A DNA stretch of 64,000 nucleotides from Octopus sinensis (Eukaryota), in NCBI RefSeq assembly GCF_006345805.1, contig NC_042999.1, positions 58,404,001 through 58,468,000 on the forward strand. Reading direction: 5' to 3'. The number at the start of each line of letters is the position of its first letter. The stretch's first letter is position 1. Made by a program: the position numbers and the translations under genes. Under the pieces are notes generated by a model. The model was not told where the DNA came from. It was given only the letters and a program-made list of their open reading frames with translations, and did not search any database. Of this stretch, positions 56,213 through 64,000 are shown piece by piece.

Positions 56213-56454
56213 CAAATATATATAAATTACTATTTTGATTATCTGTTGGTTTGTTGTTTTGTTATTGTTGTTGTTAGGCCAGGTTAGAACGGAACTAGAA
56301 TCAGGATTACTCCAACCATAATCAACTATACGTTTCTTCAGGTAAACTATTATCCAGACAATGTCCAGTATTTCCTTTTAGTAGTGAACAATTTTAGGAA
56401 GATGTCATTGCTGTTTCTAGCAGGTAAATCAATCATGTAGAAGATATTGGTTAA

Positions 56455-56665
56455 ACATTTTTGGTATAAAGCCAGCTGTTCCAGGGGAGGAGTAAGTCGA
56501 ATACATCGATCCTAGTGCTGCACTGGTACTGATTTTATCTAACTCGAAAAGATTAAAGGCAAAGTTGACTTCAGTGGATTTTGAGCTCAGAACGTAAAGA
56601 CGGACGAAATGTCGCTAAGCATTTTGCTCGGCGTGCTAATGATTCTGTTAGCTCATCGCCTTATC
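56455..56665 (-). mobile_element. SINE family B copy
   Basis: aaggcaaagttgacttcagtggattttgagctcagaacgtaaagacggacgaaatgtcgctaagcattt. Confidence 0.75.
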
Positions 56666-58400
56666 CATGTATAGAAGATAGCGTTCTTTAGCTCTAGATC
56701 ATTTTTAACGAAGCTAACTCATAATCAGAAGAGTTCCAACTCTAACGTTTCTGCCCACCTCTTTTTAAGGGATATCTAGGACTATATTATTAAAAGTGTC
56801 CTTTAAGAGAGTAATATTTTGGGAGGGATTTAGCTGCAATTTCTAACATTCCAAGAAATCAGAAACCGCATAGTGGCTTCCTCATAGACTTCGATTCGCA
56901 TAGTGACAAGGCACCAACATACCGCCTAAATCGAGGGATAACTACATTTAATTCTGAAAAGGAGTGATTTGTACAAATGTTGGCGTATCCAAATTTCTTG
57001 CGGTACTTTATTACGGGTCTTTGCATTTTGAGTTCATAACGTGTTAACTGAAGATTATTTTTATTCCAGCTGTAAAGATATGGCCTTTTTTTTTAGCAAT
57101 TTCTAAAACTGCATTATCTAATATGACGTTGTCTATTTAAGAGAGTAGAGAGTGATTTGAGGGAAATTTGGTTGCTATTTCTAGCACTTTGAACAATAAC
57201 GTAGAAGATTTCCCGTTGCTTCGCGATAGGAATATTGGTAGTTGTAGATGTCTAGGCCCTGGCCAGCCCTGAGGCATCAATCTCTGGATCAAATTTAATC
57301 TATTTATGATTGTCCTGTCATATTAGGTGGTATGTTGGAACAGAATACGTGGTACCATGAGTCATTTCTTTATTTAAGTAGATAAGTGAGTTGAGGCAGA
57401 TTTGACTGTTATTTCTAATTAAACGAAGGACAGGAACCCGTAGTTTCAAGAGGAAAAGAGTTGTCATTTTTGCAATATGTTGTACTTTCCAGGAACCATT
57501 TATATATAGGAATATATTTCTACAATAAATATATTGGCCTTTCTAGGAATTCAATATTTCCCCTTAGACTATGGATACTGCACCTAGATAGTTCCTTCCC
57601 AGGCAAAGTTGGAAAAGTTTCTTTATTTTTTTCCTTTTTGGAACGCTTGTTGTCTTCCATTTCCAAGCTAGGAGCTGATACATCTTTGTCCCGAGTGTTG
57701 TCTCCAGAGGTGACCATTACGACTGAAAGAGCTAAGACACTTATTGCAAGTGTGTTCCGTCCAACACTCTTACGGTTCAACCAATCCATCCAATCAACTA
57801 ATCCGGGCTGCACTTTTTTTTTTGCCCTCTTCTGAAAAAATGGCAAGCAAAAATGACCTCAATAGGATTTGAACTCAACTCAGAATGTAGAGAGCTGGAA
57901 CAAATATCCCAAGGCGTGCTTTCCAGTTGCCCTAGCACCACTACTAATTCGTTACCATATTGGATCTTATTTACAATTAAAAAGAACTGCTTCTTTGCTT
58001 TTAGTAAATTGCAGAAGAAAACTATCGAAAATCGCTTAATATCAAAGACATCTAAATCTATTGCAATTACTTTTAATTTATGTAGTTTTTATGAATAAAC
58101 AATATGATTTTATTACGCCTTGACGCATTATAGTAACGTGCAGATATAATTTAGTTGTCATCGTTTATCATTCATATTTACTTATAAATTACATTAAAAT
58201 TATGTTGAATCTCTGTTTTCTTCTCCGGCTCTACTTTCCTCACTGCCACTGTACTTCTTTCTTCTAAACGTCTGTCTTTCAGTCTCTGTCTCTTTTCTTT
58301 TTCTTTCTCTGTCTGCATGTCTATACGTATATTCCTTTCCGTTTTTCTTTCTTTCTTTCTCTCTCTCTTTCTTCTTTCTTTCGTTCTTTCTTTCCTTCGT

Positions 58401-58459
<59 letters not shown>

Positions 58460-59157
58460 CTCTCTCTATATAATATATAATAATTATATTAGGTAATATA
58501 ACTCCAAACTTACAGGGAAAAATTCAATTTAGTATTAAATCAAATTTCACTATATAAATATATAATATATATGAATTAGAGACAAAATCACTATTATATA
58601 ATTCAAATTACATAATAGTGGTTTTTCTCTAATTTATATATATAATATGATATAATATAATATAATATAATATAATATAATATAATATAATATAATGTAA
58701 TATATATATATATATGCATGTATGCATGTATGTATGTATGTATACTGTTGACGTCATAAGCATTTTATAAATTCTCGACAGAACAAACCACCTTTTGCAA
58801 TAGTATATCTCGAAGAATAGACATAAAGCTAGAAACATAAACTTTAAGAACCCTCTTGCTTATAAAAAGTTGAAGGCTACTCATAGCAATCGAACTCACA
58901 TCTCCTGTAAACACGACAGGCGGTTTAACACTGGACCAAAGCAGTCCTTTGAATTTTTCTTCTATACACTCGGCAACCCTGGTCGCCTATCGTAGGATAT
59001 AAAAAGACTTTTTTCTGCTCATGGTTCGTCGATAAAGAAAAATAATTCGCAACCTTCCGTCTCAATAAATCACTGTTGTTCGTGAAAGTTGTTCTTTTAA
59101 CATTTACTATGGATTGCTCGAAGATAGCTTTCTTCCTACACCTCGATCTTCGGATCT

Positions 59158-59191
<34 letters not shown>

Positions 59192-59667
59192 CTATATATA
59201 TATATACGAGTTTTATCTTATATTCATATCGAACGTTTTATATCTATTGGTATATCTATTTATGTATTTATATATTATAATGCCAACGTATTTTTAAATA
59301 TTTAAAAATATTTTAAAATACCTGCGTATTTTTAAATATTAAATATTTATATGTTCATATACTCGTGTGTTTTAATGCTCTATTATCTGGAACTTTATAT
59401 TGATATCCAATGAATGTGCACATATATATTGAATGTTCTATTGGATAATCGGTCATGTTCCTCTAGTTTTCCGCTGGTATTGCCTCCTTTGAAATCATAA
59501 ATTGGAACTTAGCTCAATTAGAGCATTTTAATTCCAGCCTGGTTCTGAGCATTGTTAAAGTTAACAATTTCAACTTAAAATTATACATATATATTATATA
59601 TATATATATAATATATATATATATACACACACATAAATAAATACATACATACATACATGCATACATA

Positions 59668-59738
59668 TACGAGGCCTGATCAATAAGTATCGAGACTGTT
59701 GCCATAGCAACGAAGCTAAATCACGTAGAGTAAAGCGC
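59668..59738 (+). mobile_element. Mariner-like TIR end cut by the assembly gap
   Basis: TA|CGAGGCCTGATCAATAAGTATCGAGACTG. Confidence 0.5.
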
Positions 59739-59838
59739 NNNNNNNNNNNNNNNNNNNNNNNNNNNNNNNNNNNNNNNNNNNNNNNNNNNNNNNNNNNNNN
59801 NNNNNNNNNNNNNNNNNNNNNNNNNNNNNNNNNNNNNN
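59739..59838. other. Assembly gap (100 N)
   Basis: Run of n. Confidence 1.
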
Positions 59839-59989
59839 AGTTGGAAGAGTTACTTGTGCATCGATCAAAATGGCTTTCGGTATTTGTTCTGGTCATCTGC
59901 GCTTTGAGTTCAAATGTTACCGCAGTCAGTTTTGCCTTTCATTTTTTTTTAGGGTCGATGAGAAGAAATCCCAATGCAAGACACTGGGT

Positions 59990-60330
59990 TATCGGAACTG
60001 CAAGAACGTCAGCTTGAATATTTTGCAGTAATTGTTTCGGTTCCTTGCGATTATGACAAGAAGCTTTTTTACCCATTCTACACAGCACTTTCCTTGAATA
60101 ATGGAATTGAAACTGTAAGATCCTACATATAATTTTGTTTTTACTTTTATTCTCTTATTTTCCTTTACAATTCTTATATCCACTCTTTTCCAAAATAACT
60201 CCTTATATTGAACTCTACTATTTTACTCTATTTAACTCTCTCATATCGTCTCTGATGAGGGAATATCCCTAATATCCCAGAAACAGCTGTAAGACTAACT
60301 TTCGCTTTATAAATGTCCTAAAAATTCCAC
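59990..60330 (+). mobile_element. Penelope-like element 3' fragment with type I hammerhead at 60248-60295
   Basis: Decayed coding tail (..FCSNCF..HSTQHF.LNNGIETV..), then GTCT CTGATGA GGGAATAT-CCCTA-ATATCCC A GAA ACAGCTGT A AGAC. Confidence 0.6.
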
Positions 60331-60387
60331 ACAGCTTTGGCTTTGTTGTCTCATTTTATTTAAAACACATACACACACACATTTATG

Positions 60388-60418
<31 letters not shown>

Positions 60419-60539
60419 TGTATGTATGTATGTATGCATGCATGCACGTATGTATGTATGTATGTATGTATGTATGTATGTATGTATGTACGTATATATA
60501 TTTATATATATATATAATATATATGTATGTGTATGTATA

Positions 60540-60735
60540 AGCACATGTGAACCGTTGGCGATTTTCTTCCTCCGCCTTCTCTTCTATTGGACTTTTCTGT
60601 TCCTCCGAAGATATCATCTGCTCGAAACGTTAAACCATCTTTATTTCCTTCCCTGAGCGTCTGCTAATACTTTACATCTTTACATGTACTACGTTCTCGT
60701 GTTGTTAATTTTTTGTGTTGTTTCTTCTTTTGGGA
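60540..60735 (+). mobile_element. Family E repeat (decayed variant hammerhead, CCGAAGA...GCTCGAAACGTTAAAC)
   Basis: ccgttggcgattttcttc...gctcgaaacgttaaacc...ctgagcgtc is homologous to 11755-11955. Confidence 0.65.
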
Positions 60736-60737
60736 TT

Positions 60738-60833
<96 letters not shown>

Positions 60834-60987
60834 AATATAAGAGAGTGGTCACTATATGGCTCACTCTAGCACCAGTTAATCCAAAAGGTTTCAAGTCACA
60901 ACCACAAAAATACATGTTTCCCATGAAAGTCAGTACGATTGTTAGCTCACACGGACAGGGCAAATAAAAAATAACAAAAATAGATTA

Positions 60988-61069
60988 TTTTGGGACAATT
61001 GTTTCGCTATTAATGAATTAAATGTAATTTTACTTACAAAAAAATCCACTTGTAGCTCGTCAGCCAAAA
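60988..61069 (-). ncRNA. Type I hammerhead ribozyme (inverted array unit)
   Basis: Reverse complement: TTTTGG CTGACGA GCTA...TAGC GAA ACAATTGT C CCAAAA. Confidence 0.88.
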
Positions 61070-61506
61070 CTATCTGGATGAAATCCACTCAATCACACGC
61101 AGATTTTACCATAACGATAAATACGCGTGTGGTTCAATTGATTACATCCGACGTTATAATTCAAATGCCCCAACTAACAGCGCGCCAAACTTTCACGGAA
61201 AACAAAGACTGCATTTAGAAATAAATGTAGCATAATTAAATTAATTAATAGGGTGAGAGAATTAGATACTATTTAATAGTATATCTATTCAACACCAAGT
61301 GGCCTAGTGCTCCGAGAAACCTGGATTATTATAAATATTTTATAATATATTATAATATTTTTACAAAATAAATATAAGAGAGTGGTCACCGGCGCTGTTA
61401 GTTGGGGCATTTGAATTATAACGTCGGATGTAATCAATTGAACCACACGCGTATTTATCGTTATGGTAAAATCTGGCGTGTGATTGAGTGGATTTCATCC
61501 AGATAG

Positions 61507-61588
61507 TTTTGGCTGACGAGCTACAAGTGGATTTTTTTGTAAGTAAAATTACATTTAATTCATTAATAGCGAAACAATTGTCCCAAAA
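61507..61588 (+). ncRNA. Type I hammerhead ribozyme (array unit 2)
   Basis: CAGATAG-TTTTGG CTGACGA GCTA [43 nt] TAGC GAA ACAATTGT C CCAAAA-TAATCTG; GUC site at 61580-61582. Confidence 0.9.
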
Positions 61589-62037
61589 TAATCTGTATTT
61601 TTGTTATTTTTATTTGCCCTGTCCGTGTGAGCTAACAATCGTACTGACTTTCATGGAAACATGTATTTTTGTGGTGAAACCTTTGGATTAACTGGTGCTA
61701 GAGTGAGCCATATAGTGACCACTCTCTTATATTTATTTTGTAAAAATATTATAATATATTATAAAATATTATAATAATCCAGTTTTCTCGGAGCACTAGG
61801 CCACTTGGTGTTGAATAGATATACTATTAATTAGTATCTATTCTCTCACCCTTATTAATTCATTATAATTATGCTACATTTATATTTCTAAATGCAGTCT
61901 TTGTTTTCCGTGAAAGTTTGGCGCGCTGTTAGTTGGGGCATTTGAATTATAACGTCGGATGTAATCAATTGAACCACACGCGTATTTATCGTTATGGTAA
62001 AATCTGGCGTGTGATTGAGTGGATTTCATCCAGATAG

Positions 62038-62120
62038 TTTTGGCTGACGAAGCTACAAGTGGATTTTTTTGTAAGTAAAATTACATTTAATTCATTAATA
62101 GCGAAACAATTGTCCCAAAA
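62038..62120 (+). ncRNA. Type I hammerhead ribozyme (array unit 3)
   Basis: Same as unit 2 with one extra A after CTGACGA; GUC site ends at 62114. Confidence 0.85.
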
Positions 62121-62495
62121 TAATCTGTATTTTTGTTATTTTTTATTTGCCCTGTCCGTGTGAGCTAACATCGTACTGACTTTCATGGAAACATGTATTT
62201 TTGTGGGTGAAACCTTTGGATTAACTGGTGCTAGAGTGAGCAATATAGTGACCACTCTCTTATATTTATTTTGTAAAAATATTATAATATATTATAAAAT
62301 ATTATAATAAATCCAGTTTCTCGGAGCACTAGGCCACTTGGTGTTGAATAGATATACTATTAAATTAGTATCTAATTCTCTCACCCTTATTAATTAATTA
62401 TATATATATATATATACATACACCAATGCAGTCCGAAGATGGCAGAAACTTTCGAAGTCTCTGTCAATGATATTCTTATTGAAGAAGAATAAATG

Positions 62496-62533
<38 letters not shown>

Positions 62534-63697
62534 CACATGTCGTTTTACATACACACTGGTGCATATATATGTATATTCAATGATGCATGTATACATTTAT
62601 ACATTCAATATATATATATATATGTGTGTGTGTATATATATACACACACACACCACACACACACTTATACATACATATAATATATATATATTATATATAT
62701 ATATATATATAATGTATTTGTATATGTATATTTACATACTTGGGATGCTTTCTTTGACTTAAGTATAAAATCCAATCCTTGCAGGAGGTTTGAAAAGAAA
62801 ATGCAACTGTATCTGCCTTATTGAAGTATCTGGTTGTATTCCAAAGCTATCAAACTAACTCACAGTACGCGGCATGTTTCCGTCCTGCCACACAAACATA
62901 TGTTATCTCTTCGAAGTCGAGTTCCCAGAACACACATCCTATCCTCTTTCTCCCAAGTTTCATTCTTCTGGGACTCTTTTTAGCGTTAAAACTTTTCGAA
63001 AATAATACTAACTGTGTTAAACTAACACAAAAGTCGACCAATGTGCTTAGAGTGTGTTTTAGGTTTCATTCGAAAGTAAAACAAAATCAAAATAAACTAT
63101 ATAAGTCAAATAACTTCAAAACTTCAAATGCTTATCGTATACGTGATTAAATGGAATCCTACAATCTAACTTGACTAACCATCATAAATACATCAAGCGC
63201 AAGAAGAAATGGAACAGGTCCAAAAATAAACATTCTGTTTTTAATAGAAAAAACATAAAACGTGGATGATTTCACTTGAAATAGTGATAAAGAGCGACTG
63301 TCGGTAGTTGAAAGATTCTGGTAACTACAGTAAAAAAAAATTAAAAAAAAAAGCAAAACAATATTTATAGAATACAACCTTTGGAAAGGAAGTTTTAACT
63401 CATAAAACAATACGAAACGACATATCAATGAACAATTTTGGGTAAATATTTAGTTACAGAAATATTTACTTCCCATCCCTCGTTATACTGCGCCATCTCA
63501 AACCCACATTATTTTTATCACAGTCAAATAAAATTCTGACTTGTAGTCATAAATTATACCACACATCGTTGTCTGAATGGGTTGACATAAGCATATACAT
63601 ATATGCCTATATGTATGCACAATGAAAATGTCATAAACACACACACACACACACACACACATGCACATACATATATATGTATACATATTAATATTTG

Positions 63698-63738
<41 letters not shown>

Positions 63739-63818
63739 GTATATATATACATTGTTGTATTTAGGAATGGTCATTCCAACAATATCTGTTTCAACACACG
63801 ATTTCACATAAAAAATCT

Positions 63819-63855
<37 letters not shown>

Positions 63856-63875
63856 TATATATATATATATATATA

Positions 63876-64000
63876 GTTAATCCAAACAAGAAAGCACAAA
63901 AAAAACAAGAAACGCGAGGACGTGGAACAAATATAGTATTATTGGACGCTCAGGAAAGACGGAAAGAAGGAGGGTTTAACGTTTCGAGCGGAGCTCTTCG
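63876..64000 (-). mobile_element. Family E repeat, cut by window end
   Basis: Minus strand: cgaagagctccgctcgaaacgttaaaccctcc...cttgtttggattaac(ta)n, same end as the 1396 copy. Confidence 0.7.

Larger units (their letters stand above)
60831..62400. mobile_element. Retrozyme-like array: ~531-bp ORF-less unit, one inverted copy (60831-61389) plus ~1.9 direct copies (61392-62400), flanked by (TA)n
   Basis: gcgctgttagttggggcatttgaatt recurs at ~61392 and ~61924 and in reverse at ~61160-61185; one hammerhead per unit. Confidence 0.8.

Noticed and set aside
57461-57846. Overlapping 108-124 aa ORFs (...EDNKRSKKEKNKETFPTLPGKEL...)
   Set aside because: Could be a LINE ORF1 low-complexity piece, but no motif I can recognise.
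60831-62400. The array read as a CRISPR or a simple satellite
   Set aside because: No repeat-spacer structure; units are ~531 bp and each contains a ribozyme, so a retrozyme or Penelope-type interpretation fits better.

Overview
AT-rich, microsatellite-saturated eukaryotic DNA. The repeat landscape (tRNA-derived SINEs, R4/Dong, RTE, Tx1-like and Penelope-type retroelements) looks like an Octopus (cephalopod) genome; this is inferred from repeat types, not from a search. I could not identify any host protein-coding gene. Nearly all listed ORFs are microsatellite translations or decayed transposon fragments (R4/Dong RT-RLE, RTE with C2H2 fingers, mariner, Chapaev-type transposase, two homologous LINE ORF1-like pieces), plus hAT, Tc/mariner, Kolobok-like and Helitron-like non-autonomous elements. 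There is a 100-N gap at 59739-59838. The most striking signal is non-coding: an ORF-less tandem repeat with a ~531-bp unit at 60831-62400 (about 1.9 direct copies plus one inverted copy, set in (TA)n). Every unit carries an intact type I hammerhead ribozyme with a palindromic helix III, the architecture of a non-LTR retrozyme or non-autonomous Penelope-mobilised circRNA element. At least three other unrelated canonical hammerheads occur in the window, as does a dispersed family carrying a variant CCGANGA core.
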